From contig CAVRJY010000001.1 of the NCBI GenBank assembly GCA_963721805.1, positions 1 to 64,000 of the forward strand: a DNA stretch of 64,000 bases, in the 5' to 3' direction. Each line of letters starts with the position of its first letter. Position 1 is the stretch's first letter. Below the pieces are notes generated by a model, which was not told the origin of the DNA, searched no databases, and saw only the letters and a program-made list of their open reading frames with translations. The translations under genes and the position numbers were made by a program. Shown here in pieces: positions 31,217-41,109 of the stretch. This stretch comes from Nitrospirota bacterium. GTDB lineage: Bacteria; Nitrospirota; Thermodesulfovibrionia; Thermodesulfovibrionales; JdFR-86.

Positions 31217-32497
31217 ATGCAGCAGTACATAGGCTTCAAGCTCGGCAGGAGCGAATACACCATACCGATCCTCAAGGTCCGGGAGATCATCAACACCCCT
31301 TCGATCACGCGCCTCCCGAAGTCCCCATATTACATGAAGGGCATAATCAACCTCAGAGGCCGCATCGTCCCGGTCGTGGACCTCAAGGAGCTGGTCTCCT
31401 CGGGCGAGGGCGCAAGCCGTGCTACCAAGGTCATCGTGCTCTCGACCGAGCGCAGCACGTTCGGGATACTGGTGGACGAGATCACGAGCGTCATAAACAT
31501 CGACGAGGCCAACATCGAGCTCCCAGAGGGGTTCATGCACGACAACATGGAGCGGGTCGAGGGCGTGGCGAAGTTTGACGACCGGCTCGTCATACTGCTC
31601 GATACCGACAAGCTGGTGGACGAGGACGAGGTGCGCGCCTTCGGGGGCGGAAACATCTCTGAGATCGATACGATCCCGGTCATCTCGGGCGAGCCCGAGC
31701 CGATAGAGCGGCAGGTCACGGCTCCCGCTCCCGCACCAATTGCCGCGCCAGCGCCCAAGCCTGCCCCGGCGCCCGAGCCTGCGCCGCCATCTCCAGCACC
31801 CGAGCCCGCGCACCTAAGCGCCGGGCAGGAGGCCAAGGAGATACTCCACAAGAAGTTCGGCGAGACAGGCGTTCGCTCGAAGCTCCTCAACACGATAGTC
31901 GACCTGCTCGATACGATGTCGGCGCACGACTACGAGAAGGCCGACCTCCTGCTCTCTAAGATGGTCACGGACACCTCCGAGAAGGAGGGCGAGCTCTATA
32001 ACGAGATCGGCCGCGTCACGAGAAAGCTCCACGACTCGATAAGCGACTTCCGCCAGGCGCTCGACCCCCGCATAAAGATGATGGCCAACGAGGACGTCCC
32101 CAACGCGGTCGACAACCTCCAGTTCGTGATGAAGAAGACCGAGGAGGCCGCCAACAAGACGATGACCATTGTCGAGAAATACCTCGGCTCGCAGCCCGAG
32201 TACACCAAGCACCTCCAGAGCGTCATCGGCACGCCCGAGACGATGCAGTACCTCGAGCGGTTCAACCGCGAGCTTTTCTCGGACCTCACCGACATACTGG
32301 TCGCGCAGGAGTTTCAGGACATCACCGGCCAGACGATCCGCAAGGTCATCGACCTCGTTAACGCGGTCGAGACCGAGCTGGTGAGCCTGATCGCGACCTT
32401 CGGCGTCAAGATCGAAGAGGGCGAGGCCGAGGTGGTGGTGCCTGAGATCGTGGTCCAGTCGGACGTCGAGGACCTGCTCAAGGAATTCGGCTTCTGA
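31217..32497 (+). CDS. CheW-CheZ fusion protein
   Basis: N-terminal GIINLRGRIVPVVDL (CheW), Pro/Ala linker, then TEEAANKTM, AQEFQDITGQTI and C-terminal QSDVEDLLKEFGF (CheZ). Confidence 0.85.
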   Translation: MQQYIGFKLGRSEYTIPILKVREIINTPSITRLPKSPYYMKGIINLRGRIVPVVDLKELVSSGEGASRATKVIVLSTERSTFGILVDEITSVINIDEANIELPEGFMHDNMERVEGVAKFDDRLVILLDTDKLVDEDEVRAFGGGNISEIDTIPVISGEPEPIERQVTAPAPAPIAAPAPKPAPAPEPAPPSPAPEPAHLSAGQEAKEILHKKFGETGVRSKLLNTIVDLLDTMSAHDYEKADLLLSKMVTDTSEKEGELYNEIGRVTRKLHDSISDFRQALDPRIKMMANEDVPNAVDNLQFVMKKTEEAANKTMTIVEKYLGSQPEYTKHLQSVIGTPETMQYLERFNRELFSDLTDILVAQEFQDITGQTIRKVIDLVNAVETELVSLIATFGVKIEEGEAEVVVPEIVVQSDVEDLLKEFGF

Positions 32498-33546
32498 TGG
32501 CGGTTAAGGTACTGATAGTAGACGACTCGGCCTTCATGCGCACGGCGCTTAGCAGCATGCTCGGCTCCGACCGCGAGATACAGGTGGTCGGCATGGCCAA
32601 GGACGGCCTGGAGGCCATCGCCAAGGTCAAGACCCTGCGGCCCGACATCGTGACGATGGACATCGAGATGCCGCGCATGGACGGCCTGCACGCGCTTAAG
32701 GTCATAATGGCCGAAAACCCGGTCCCGGTCATCATGGTCAGCTCGCTCACGAACGAGGGGGCCAAGGTCACGCTCGAGTGCCTCGAGGCCGGCGCGCTGG
32801 ACTTCATACCCAAAAACCTCTCTGAGCTCTCTGTCAACATCCTCAAGATCAAAGAGATCCTGATAGACAAGATCAAGAAGCTCTCGACGAAGAAGCTCGC
32901 GCGCATCCCCCGAAGCGCCGTAACGGCAGAGCGCCACGACCTGACGCCGCTTACCCTGCGCGCCACCGGGGAGAGGAAGGCCGGGGTGCTCGCCATAGGC
33001 ACCTCCACCGGCGGGCCTAAGGCCCTGCAGGAGATCATCCCCCGGTTTCCCAAGGACTTCCCGGTGCCGATTGTCATAGCCCAGCACATGCCGCCGAACT
33101 TCACCGGCCCGTTCGCCGAGCGCTTAAACCAGCTCAGCCAGATAGAGGTCCGCGAGGCGAAGGAAGGCGACGTCCTCAAGCCGGGCCTCGCCCTCGTCGC
33201 CCCGGGCGGCGGGCATATGAGGGTCAAAAAACAGACCGCCATCGAGGTCGCGGTCACGCTCACGACCGACCGCGAGGAGTTCATCTACCGCCCGTCGGTC
33301 GACGCGCTGATGGCCTCGGTCGCCGAGTGCTACCCGGGCCGCACGCTCGCGGTGATACTCACCGGCATGGGCAACGACGGCCTCAAGGGCATCGAGAAGG
33401 TCAAGAAGAGCGGCGGCAGGATATTCGCCCAGAACGAGCAGTCGTGCGTCGTCTACGGAATGCCGAAGGCAGTTGTAGACGCGGGGCTGGCCGACAAGGT
33501 ATTATCTATCGAGGAGATCGCGGGCGAGATCATAAACGCGATCTGA
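32497..33546 (+). CDS. cheB: Chemotaxis response regulator methylesterase
   Basis: REC domain + GTSTGGP, QHMP, RPSVD, LTGMGNDG, VYGMP. Confidence 0.95.
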   Translation: MAVKVLIVDDSAFMRTALSSMLGSDREIQVVGMAKDGLEAIAKVKTLRPDIVTMDIEMPRMDGLHALKVIMAENPVPVIMVSSLTNEGAKVTLECLEAGALDFIPKNLSELSVNILKIKEILIDKIKKLSTKKLARIPRSAVTAERHDLTPLTLRATGERKAGVLAIGTSTGGPKALQEIIPRFPKDFPVPIVIAQHMPPNFTGPFAERLNQLSQIEVREAKEGDVLKPGLALVAPGGGHMRVKKQTAIEVAVTLTTDREEFIYRPSVDALMASVAECYPGRTLAVILTGMGNDGLKGIEKVKKSGGRIFAQNEQSCVVYGMPKAVVDAGLADKVLSIEEIAGEIINAI

Positions 33547-33591
33547 TCTGACTTGACCGGGAGATCCCGGGGGCGACAAAAGGAGGCATCC

Positions 33592-34083
33592 ATGGAAGCG
33601 CTTACGACTACCGCAGGTGAGATACTGCAGCTCGTCACCTTCACGCTCGGCAACGAGGAGTACGCGGTCGACATCCTCAAGGTCCAGGAGATCAACCGCA
33701 TGACCGAGGTCGCGAAGGTCCCGAACTCGCCCTCATACGTCGAGGGGGTCATCAACCTGCGCGGCAGGGTCATCCCGGTCGTCAACCTCCGCAGCCGCTT
33801 CGGCCTCGGCGAAAAGGAGATGGACGAGCGCTCCCGCATCATGATAATGGACATCCAGGGGCTGACGATCGGGGTCGTCGTCGATGCGGTCTCGGAGGTC
33901 CTGCGCATACCGTCCAACACCGTCGAGCCCGCACCGCACATGGCCTCGGACATAGGCACGGAATTCATACGCGGCATAGCGAAGCTCGACGACAGGCTGA
34001 TCATACTGATCGACATGGATCAGATCATTGACAGGCCGGAACGGGCGGGCATAGTCGGGTCCACTAAGGCGATTGAGTACTAG
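33592..34083 (+). CDS. cheW: Chemotaxis coupling protein
   Basis: AAGGAGG RBS, QLVTF, GVINLRGRVIPVV, VDAVSEV. Confidence 0.93.
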   Translation: MEALTTTAGEILQLVTFTLGNEEYAVDILKVQEINRMTEVAKVPNSPSYVEGVINLRGRVIPVVNLRSRFGLGEKEMDERSRIMIMDIQGLTIGVVVDAVSEVLRIPSNTVEPAPHMASDIGTEFIRGIAKLDDRLIILIDMDQIIDRPERAGIVGSTKAIEY

Positions 34084-34111
34084 TACGCGCTGACCGCGGT
34101 CGGAACATTAC

Positions 34112-34136
34112 GGGGGGCCGCTGGCCCCCCTTTTTT
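34112..34136 (+). terminator. Intrinsic terminator after the che operon
   Basis: GGGGGGCC-GCT-GGCCCCCC followed by T6. Confidence 0.75.
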
Positions 34137-34169
34137 ATGCCCCCTATTAACCGCTCCCGCTTATTCGTG

Positions 34170-34573
34170 AAAGCGCTCCAAATCGCTTGATACTTCGTTG
34201 GGCTTCAAAGACTCGCCCTCTATGTACGCCCAAGTACACCATCGGGCGGTCTTCTCGCCCTGCCTCGTCTGAAGACGATTTGGGCGCGCTTTGCGGGGAG
34301 TAAAGAAGCCCCCGCGCCCCCGCGGTCAACGGCGTTATAATATTTTGCATTCACGCGTTTCAAGTTTCGGAGTGTTATAGCGGGTAGGTTGTTCAATCAA
34401 TGCCGTTGACCGCTCGCACGATTAAGCATCGGAAACTTAAAGCGCGATAAATCGCGTCAGACTAGGAACGGCGAGCGGGCCAACCGGAGGCGTATATGGA
34501 CATACGTTGAGGATTGGGCCCGCTTGGTCAAATAGTGCCGTGACGCAGTATCACGCGCATTTAGCGCGACTTT
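34170..34573. repeat. Convergent pair of rod-hairpin elements: type A forward (34170-34335) and type B reverse (34400-34573)
   Basis: Tails GGTCAACGGCGT and ATGCCGTTGACC face each other across about 65 bp. Confidence 0.9.
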
Positions 34574-34625
34574 CAAATATGGTATCATTAAAGCTCATTT
34601 TTTCACTTCGGGGGTATAACCAGCT

Positions 34626-35222
34626 ATGGCAAGAATTGAGCGTTGCGTTATCAGCGTTTTCGACAAGACCGGAGTAGTCGAGCTCGCCCGCGAACTAAGC
34701 GCGCTGGGCGTCGAGATCCTCTCCACCGGAGGCACCAGCCGCACGATCAAGGCGGCCGGAGTGCCCGTGAAGGACGTATCGGAGCACACCGGCTTCCCCG
34801 AGATGATGGACGGCCGCGTAAAAACCCTTCACCCCAAGGTCCATGGCGGCCTGCTCGCGCGGCGCCGAAACCCGAAGGACATCGCCGAGATGGCAGCCAA
34901 CGGCATCCTCCCGATAGACCTCGTCGTAGTGAACCTCTACCCGTTTGAGAAGGTCACCGCTAAAGAGGGGGTCACGTTCGAGGACGCGATAGAGAACATC
35001 GACATCGGGGGCCCGACGATGCTGCGCGCGGCCGCCAAGAACTTCGAGGACGTGACCGTGGTGGTCGACCCGGCGGACTATGCGCCCATATTAAGCGAGA
35101 TGAAGGCCAACGGCGGGGCGACGACGCGTGAGACACGCTACCGGCTTTGCAGGAAGGTGTTCGCGACGACCTCGCGGTACGACTCGATCATCAGCGCGTA
35201 TCTGGAGAAGACCCCGCTATGA
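34626..35222 (+). CDS. purH: Stand-alone IMP cyclohydrolase (N-terminal domain of PurH only)
   Basis: [39 protein letters not shown]; stops at 198 aa with ATGA overlap to purD. Confidence 0.85.
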   Translation: MARIERCVISVFDKTGVVELARELSALGVEILSTGGTSRTIKAAGVPVKDVSEHTGFPEMMDGRVKTLHPKVHGGLLARRRNPKDIAEMAANGILPIDLVVVNLYPFEKVTAKEGVTFEDAIENIDIGGPTMLRAAAKNFEDVTVVVDPADYAPILSEMKANGGATTRETRYRLCRKVFATTSRYDSIISAYLEKTPL

Positions 35223-36490
35223 AGGTCCTCGTAATTGGCGGAGGGGGCAGGGAGCACGCGATCTGCTGGGCGCTCTCGCGCTCGCGGAGCGTGGACAAGA
35301 TCTTCTGCGCTCCCGGAAACGCCGGTATCTCCTCCATCGCGGAATGCATAGACATCAAGCCCACGGACTTCGGCGCGCTTCTGGACTTCGTCAAGTACGA
35401 GTGGATCGAATTAACCATAGTAGGCCCGGAGGTGCCGCTCTCTATGGGCATCGCCGACGCGTTTGAGAAGGAGGGCCGCAGGATAGTCGGCCCTACGCGC
35501 GCCGCGGCGCAGCTTGAAAGCAGCAAGGCCTTCGCCAAGGACTTCATGCGCCGCCACGGGATTCCGACCGCCGCATACAACACCTTCACCTCATACACCC
35601 AGGCCGAGGACTACATCCGCCTCAAGGGCGGCCCGATGGTCATAAAGGCCGACGGCCTCGCCGCGGGCAAGGGCGTCATCATGGCCCAGACGTACGACGA
35701 GGCGATAGACGCGATACGCATGATACTTAAAGACCGCGCGTTCGGCGAGGCCGGCGAGCGCGTCGTGATCGAGGAGTGCCTCACCGGCGAGGAGGCCTCG
35801 TTCATCGCCTTTACGGACGGCCACAAGATCGTCCCGATGGCGAGCTCACAAGACCACAAGCGCATATTCGACCGCGATGAGGGCCCGAACACCGGGGGGA
35901 TGGGCGCATACAGCCCGGCCCCGGTCGTGACCCCGGCGCTCGAGACCGAGATCATGGAGCGGATCATGTACCCTGTGCTGCGCGGGATGCGCAACGACGG
36001 GATCGTGTATAAGGGCGCGCTGTACGCCGGTGTCATGGTCAAGGATGGAAAGCCCTCTGTGCTGGAGTTCAACTGCCGCCTCGGCGACCCCGAGACGCAG
36101 CCGATACTGGCGCGCCTGGAGACGGATTTTGTCGATCTCTGCCTCGCGGTGACGGACGGCAAGCTCGCGGAGCTTGAGCTAAAGTGGCGTCAGGAGGCCG
36201 CGGTATGCGTCGTGATGGCCGCGGCCGGGTATCCGGGCGAATACAAAAAAGGCATCCCGATAGAGGGGCTCGATGCGGCCTCTTCGATGCAGGACGTGGT
36301 CGTATTCCATGCCGGAACGGGATACCGCGACGGGAAGATCGTGACCGCCGGGGGCCGCGTGCTAGGCGTGACCGCGCTTGGCGAGGATATCGCCGCGGCG
36401 AAGGCGCGGGCGTACGAGGCGGTCGGGAAGATAAGATTCGAGGGCGCGCAGTACAGGCGCGACATCGCTGACAGGGCCGTGGGTCGGTAG
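35219..36490 (+). CDS. purD: Phosphoribosylamine-glycine ligase
   Basis: [39 protein letters not shown]. Confidence 0.96.
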   Translation: MKVLVIGGGGREHAICWALSRSRSVDKIFCAPGNAGISSIAECIDIKPTDFGALLDFVKYEWIELTIVGPEVPLSMGIADAFEKEGRRIVGPTRAAAQLESSKAFAKDFMRRHGIPTAAYNTFTSYTQAEDYIRLKGGPMVIKADGLAAGKGVIMAQTYDEAIDAIRMILKDRAFGEAGERVVIEECLTGEEASFIAFTDGHKIVPMASSQDHKRIFDRDEGPNTGGMGAYSPAPVVTPALETEIMERIMYPVLRGMRNDGIVYKGALYAGVMVKDGKPSVLEFNCRLGDPETQPILARLETDFVDLCLAVTDGKLAELELKWRQEAAVCVVMAAAGYPGEYKKGIPIEGLDAASSMQDVVVFHAGTGYRDGKIVTAGGRVLGVTALGEDIAAAKARAYEAVGKIRFEGAQYRRDIADRAVGR

Positions 36491-36492
36491 TT

Positions 36493-36527
36493 CGATCCAA
36501 ATTCTCGCTGCGCTCGGATTTGGATCG
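36493..36527. repeat. 35-bp REP-like hairpin (type C), copy 1
   Basis: CGATCCAAATTCTCGCTGCGCTCGGATTTGGATCG; related copy at 51664. Confidence 0.7.
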
Positions 36528-36566
36528 GGCGTTAACGACACAATACATGCGACAGGGGGTGGGCAG

Positions 36567-37058
36567 ATGCAGGTGCTTATATTGATGGGCTCGGACTCGG
36601 ACTTGCAGGTGATGGAGGAGGCAGCGAAGGCGCTCGAGTCCTTCGGCATCTCGTACAAGCTCACGATAGCCTCCGCGCACCGCACCCCGGAGCGCGCGGC
36701 CAGGCTCGTGGCCGAGGCCGAGAAGAAGGGCGCGTACGCGATCATCTGCGGCGCGGGGATGGCCGCGCACCTGGCAGGGAACGTCGCCGCCAATACGATC
36801 CTCCCCGTGATCGGCGTGCCGATCAGCTCGTCCACCCTTAACGGCATGGACGCCCTGCTCTCAACCGTGCAGATGCCGCCCGGCGTGCCCGTGGCGACCG
36901 TATCGATAGGCAAGGCCGGGGCGCGCAACGCCGCGATACTCGCGATACAGATCATCGCGCGCTCGGACAAGGGGCTCGCCCAGAAGCTCCGCGCGTACAA
37001 GAAGCGCATGGCCGACGAAGTCACGAAGAAGGCCGCCACGCTGGAGCGTGAGGGCTGA
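36567..37058 (+). CDS. purE: N5-CAIR mutase
   Basis: MGSDSD, SAHRTP, AGMAAHL, VQMPPGVPVATV. Confidence 0.96.
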   Translation: MQVLILMGSDSDLQVMEEAAKALESFGISYKLTIASAHRTPERAARLVAEAEKKGAYAIICGAGMAAHLAGNVAANTILPVIGVPISSSTLNGMDALLSTVQMPPGVPVATVSIGKAGARNAAILAIQIIARSDKGLAQKLRAYKKRMADEVTKKAATLEREG

Positions 37059-37606
37059 TGGACTGTAACCCGCCCGAGGGGGCTTCGCAGAGAAGCGGCG
37101 GGGCCGAGGCCCCGAAGCTCGACGACCTGATCGACCTCTCGTACCGGGCCGAGCGCGAGGCGATGCGGTTTTATGAGGGCCTCGCGGTGAAGTTCCGCCA
37201 CCTGCCCGAGATCGCGGAGTTCTGGCGCGGCCTGGCCGCGGACGAGGAGGAGCACATAGAGATCGTCGACGAGATCCGCACGCAGATCCCGGAGGATGAC
37301 CTGCACCGCCTGGTCGACGCGGGGCTCGCGGCGAGGGCCACGCAGTTTCTGAGCTTCAGCGCGCCTGAGGTCCTAAAGGACATCCACACGCTCGAGGACG
37401 CCTACCGCTTCGCGGTGAACCTAGAGTACTCCGAGCTCAACAAGCTCCTGAGCATGCTCGTCGACGACACCGTGGCCGAGGAGGCCGAGCGGCTGCGCAT
37501 CAACGAGATGGTCCGCGGGCATCAGGGGAAGTTCAAGAAATTCGCGGCGCTGTTCGGCGACTCGGTCTGGCGGCGCGGCATCGAGGCCGTCGAGCCCGGG
37601 GACTAG
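37058..37606 (+). CDS. Ferritin/rubrerythrin-like protein
   Basis: AEREAMRFYEGLA...FWRGLAADEEEH...AVNLEYSE. Confidence 0.65.
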   Translation: MDCNPPEGASQRSGGAEAPKLDDLIDLSYRAEREAMRFYEGLAVKFRHLPEIAEFWRGLAADEEEHIEIVDEIRTQIPEDDLHRLVDAGLAARATQFLSFSAPEVLKDIHTLEDAYRFAVNLEYSELNKLLSMLVDDTVAEEAERLRINEMVRGHQGKFKKFAALFGDSVWRRGIEAVEPGD

Positions 37607-37728
37607 CCCTTCACGCGTAGCGCTGCCGCAGCCGTTATCCATCACAAACCCGCGCCAATCATTACTGCCGGCATAATTTCTGCTATAATTTAGACGCCGT
37701 TACATCCGCGCCAGGGGACAGACAGATC

Positions 37729-39096
37729 TTGGAAGGCACCGTCAGGACATTTAAGCCGATCGAATACATCATGGGGCGCATCGCCGCCAAGCAGCAGGAC
37801 TTCGAGCGCTACGGCTTTGACGAGGACGAGAACAACGCCTTCAAGATATTCTTCGACCTCGCGCAGGAGCTGCCCCGCAAGGAGGAGCTGCTAAACCTCT
37901 GCGTGGCGATCCCGAAGATCGTCTTCGGCGTCGAGGCGAGGCTATACCTCGTCGGCGCGGGCGGCGTGGCGCTGGACCTCGCGGCCACGACCGACGGCAA
38001 GGGCGACGCCGACACCCTGGCCGTATCGAAGCTCATCGCCCCGGCCCTCATCCGCGAGACCGCATACGCCCTGCCGATCCGGGGCAACCACTCCCTGATC
38101 GACCAGCTCCCGTTTCAGACCAGGGACGACCTGATCGGCGCGCTCGTGATCGAGCCGTTCACCGGAGAGGTCGCGCGGCGCACCCTGTTTTTCGAGAAGT
38201 ACTCAAACCGCATAGGGTATAACGTCCATAACCGCTTCCTCGTGGAGAAGAACGTCGAGCACCTGAGGTTCATCCGCAACCTCGTGGCCGACATCGAGCA
38301 CAACATCATCGCGCCGAACATCGTCTACAGCCTCTACCTGCGCAACCTCAAGGCCAAGATCAAGAAGAACACCGCGCTCGAGACAGACCTGAAGAATGCC
38401 GTAAACAGCGGCAGCCCGACCCCCACCGAGCTCAGCCGCATGATCGGCGAGATCGAGGAGGTCAACCGGGGGCTCGGCACGGAGCTCGACAACATGGAGC
38501 GGCACTACCGCAACATGAGTCTCTTTTTGGAGACGCTGCTGCGGCGCAGCCACTTCGAGCACGGACGGCTGATGCCGCGCACCCGGCTCTGCAACATGAA
38601 GCGCGACGTCCTGATGCCGCAGATCGAGCAGTACCGCGAGCGATTCCAGAACCTCGGCATCGACATCAACGAGCGGACATCGGGCATCCCGGACGAGGAG
38701 ACCGTCAGCACCGTCGACGTGGGGCTGCTCTCGCAGGTCTACGCCAACCTCTTCAGCAACGCGCTTAAGTACACGCAGGAGGTCCAGGACGGCCACCCGA
38801 TGAAGTACATGTCATACGGTTACGAGATCCTCAAGAACCACTTTGGCGACGGCAAGGACGGGATGAAGTACAACGTCTACACGACCGGCCCGCACCTGCA
38901 CCCGGACGAGCACGAAAAGATCTTCGAGGTCGGCTACAGGGGCCGCGATACGGCTGACCGGCCCGGCACGGGACATGGCCTGGCGTTCATCAAAAACGTG
39001 ATCGAGATACATGGCGGGACGGTTGGATATGAACCGACGCAGTATGGCAATAACTTTTATTTTATCCTGCCTAAGGAGACGAAGAAGGCCGCGTAA
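37729..39096 (+). CDS. Cytoplasmic sensor histidine kinase-like protein
   Basis: Atypical H-box DIEHNII, NLFSNALKY, FEVGYRG, GTGHGL, HGG. Confidence 0.8.
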   Translation: MEGTVRTFKPIEYIMGRIAAKQQDFERYGFDEDENNAFKIFFDLAQELPRKEELLNLCVAIPKIVFGVEARLYLVGAGGVALDLAATTDGKGDADTLAVSKLIAPALIRETAYALPIRGNHSLIDQLPFQTRDDLIGALVIEPFTGEVARRTLFFEKYSNRIGYNVHNRFLVEKNVEHLRFIRNLVADIEHNIIAPNIVYSLYLRNLKAKIKKNTALETDLKNAVNSGSPTPTELSRMIGEIEEVNRGLGTELDNMERHYRNMSLFLETLLRRSHFEHGRLMPRTRLCNMKRDVLMPQIEQYRERFQNLGIDINERTSGIPDEETVSTVDVGLLSQVYANLFSNALKYTQEVQDGHPMKYMSYGYEILKNHFGDGKDGMKYNVYTTGPHLHPDEHEKIFEVGYRGRDTADRPGTGHGLAFIKNVIEIHGGTVGYEPTQYGNNFYFILPKETKKAA

Positions 39097-39105
39097 GGGG
39101 CGGGC

Positions 39106-39315
39106 TTACGCCGCCTGAAGCTTTTTGCCCATCGGCAGGAGGATGTCCTTAAAGACCTTTGAGGCTCCGAAGACTTCCACCCCTATTAGGTTGCCGTCGG
39201 CGTCAAGCTCCATGTTTACGCCAGGCGAGACCTCGACCACCTCGGCCTCATGCCCCTCGCGGGAAAGATAAAGTATGTCTTCAGCCTCGTCGTAATGCGC
39301 CTCAAAACCTTCCAT
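39106..39315 (-). CDS. DUF2283-family putative antitoxin
   Basis: YDEAEDILYL...DADGNLIGVEVFGAS. Confidence 0.82.
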   Translation of the reverse strand: MEGFEAHYDEAEDILYLSREGHEAEVVEVSPGVNMELDADGNLIGVEVFGASKVFKDILLPMGKKLQAA

Positions 39316-39596
39316 CAGATAGCCCTCCATCTTCCGGAGGCCAGCCTGTTTTCGAGCTGGCCGTCCTTTAGCGGATGTATTGTTAATAGTTTAACATAGC
39401 CGTCTTCTTCTCGATAGGCCACCATGACGTCACGCACTTTCCCGTACAGCTCCGCCCTATCCACTGCGATGCGGTGGCTGGTCTCGGTGTCCAGAAATCT
39501 CTGCGCTGCTTCGCGACATATCCTCTCAGGCAAGGCTCGCTCTATCCCCCTGAGCCTGAGCCGCACCTCGATATGCTGCGAATACTCGATTGTCAT
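39315..39596 (-). CDS. DUF4258/RelE-like putative toxin
   Basis: YSQHIEVRLRLRGI...VAYREE...LLTIHP; TGATG coupling to the DUF2283 gene. Confidence 0.65.
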   Translation of the reverse strand: MTIEYSQHIEVRLRLRGIERALPERICREAAQRFLDTETSHRIAVDRAELYGKVRDVMVAYREEDGYVKLLTIHPLKDGQLENRLASGRWRAI

Positions 39597-39666
39597 TTCA
39601 CCGCTTCCCCTCCACTATCGCAATCTCGTCATATTATATCCGAGCGATGGCGGGGATTGGATAATT

Positions 39667-39737
39667 ATCTCGTGCGAGCGGTCAACGGCATTGATTATGT
39701 ATCGCGTTTTCGGGGGGTAACGTGGCCAAGCCGCTGC
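39667..39737 (+). repeat. Isolated tail of rod-hairpin element plus junction motif
   Basis: CGTGCGAGCGGTCAACGGCATTGA then CGCGTTTTCGGGGGG..ACGTGGCCAAGCCGCTG (compare 16498-16537). Confidence 0.75.
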
Positions 39738-39768
39738 CTTGGCCTCTGTGAAATTGGAGTGGGAAAGA

Positions 39769-40194
39769 TCAGGCTTTATTCCCAGCGTCGGAAAAAAATT
39801 TATTAATTTTGCGAGTGAGTTGAACATTATCGATTAACTGACATTCCCATACTACCAATACTTGCCATCCAAGTTTTTTCAGTTGCTTAACGTTTATTCT
39901 GTCTCGGTCGATATTTCTTTGAATTTTGGGTATCCAATAATCAACATTCGACTTAGGTTTTCTTCTTCCTTCCTTGCAGCTATGTCCGTGCCAAAAGCAG
40001 CCATTGATAAAGATAGCCTTTTTCTTTTTGAGCCATGCTAAGTCTGGTTTCCCCGGTAAATCCGCCCTATATAGACGATATCCAGCATATCCGAGTCTCC
40101 ATACAATACGGCGGATTTGCAGCTCAGACATGGTGTTTTTTGCACGTATCTGGCGCATATTGTGTGATCGTCTTAGCGGGTCGATATTATCCAT
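39769..40194 (-). CDS. vsr: Very short patch repair endonuclease
   Basis: RSHNMRQIRAKNT, LPGKPDL, FINGCFWHGH, RNIDRD, GWQVLVVWEC. Confidence 0.92.
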   Translation of the reverse strand: MDNIDPLRRSHNMRQIRAKNTMSELQIRRIVWRLGYAGYRLYRADLPGKPDLAWLKKKKAIFINGCFWHGHSCKEGRRKPKSNVDYWIPKIQRNIDRDRINVKQLKKLGWQVLVVWECQLIDNVQLTRKINKFFSDAGNKA

Positions 40195-40248
40195 AACGCT
40201 TAGCCCTCTTGTCATTAATGCATGGCGTAATTGCTGGGCTAAATAGGG

Positions 40249-41109
40249 CTAAACTGCAAGGTCTAAAGGTAAATCAGAAATATCCTTTAGCCTCTTGCCT
40301 TCAACCATTATTTTTAAAAGCTCCATTGCTTCTTCATTTTGAAGAGTATTTACTCTTTCTTGGAGTTCATGTAAGGCAAAATGATATACACAATCAATTT
40401 CGCCAGTTCCTAACGCAATGGAAGATAACCGGCTGGGAAGAGGCTCTGCGGTAACAACAACAATATGCGGCAGATGCCCTTTTCGGTTCTTTATAAGATT
40501 GAGCGCTTCAGAGCGGCTATTCTGGCTTCTATCGGAGCGGATAGTCCATTTGGATGAGATGGAGGCATGCAAAAGTGGTTTGCCTCCGTTTGCCTTTCGC
40601 AGATCGGCTTTTCTTGCAACAGATTCATCAACCAATATATTAGTTTTATTGATTTCATCATCCTCAAGCAGATGGCGTATTATGATCACATCGGGTGTTA
40701 TAGTGTAATCGCTACCCAAAGAAGCGGCAAGCTCTGGATCATGTTTCGCCGCTTTGTCTAACGCTATGAGATGCTTATATTGCTCAAACTCAGCAATTGC
40801 AAGGCGGTTTCGATTTCCGATCCTTCGAATTTCCCATCTGCCGGGCCTAATATTGCCAAGAGCAAGAAAGGTTTCTTGAATATAATCTGCTGTGATTGCT
40901 TCAAACTCAGACCCGCTTGTTTGGCCCGCCAAGCGTTTACCGGTTTCACTTTGTAGTTTCTCTGCTATTCCAGAGGCGATACGTACTGAAAGCTTATTAT
41001 CCTTGTCAGCATTGCTGGGAATGCCATGGGCGTCAATTGTCAAAACGGACTCTAACAGCTTTGCATGGAATTTTTTGCGAGCCTTAGCGATAAAAGATTC
41101 TTTAGGCAT
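40249..41109 (-). CDS. NgoMIV-family type II restriction endonuclease (predicted site GCCGGC)
   Basis: GQTSG..FE, YTITPD, LHASISSKWTIRSDRSQNSRSE, VTAEPLPSRL; TGATG coupling to the MTase. Confidence 0.88.
   Translation of the reverse strand: MPKESFIAKARKKFHAKLLESVLTIDAHGIPSNADKDNKLSVRIASGIAEKLQSETGKRLAGQTSGSEFEAITADYIQETFLALGNIRPGRWEIRRIGNRNRLAIAEFEQYKHLIALDKAAKHDPELAASLGSDYTITPDVIIIRHLLEDDEINKTNILVDESVARKADLRKANGGKPLLHASISSKWTIRSDRSQNSRSEALNLIKNRKGHLPHIVVVTAEPLPSRLSSIALGTGEIDCVYHFALHELQERVNTLQNEEAMELLKIMVEGKRLKDISDLPLDLAV

Noticed and set aside
34147..34350. Small ORFs sharing peptides such as AGREDRPMVYLGVHRGRVF or MPLTLWG (also 6594, 16089, 43076, 52790)
   Set aside because: They are translations of the DNA repeat, in inconsistent frames and lengths
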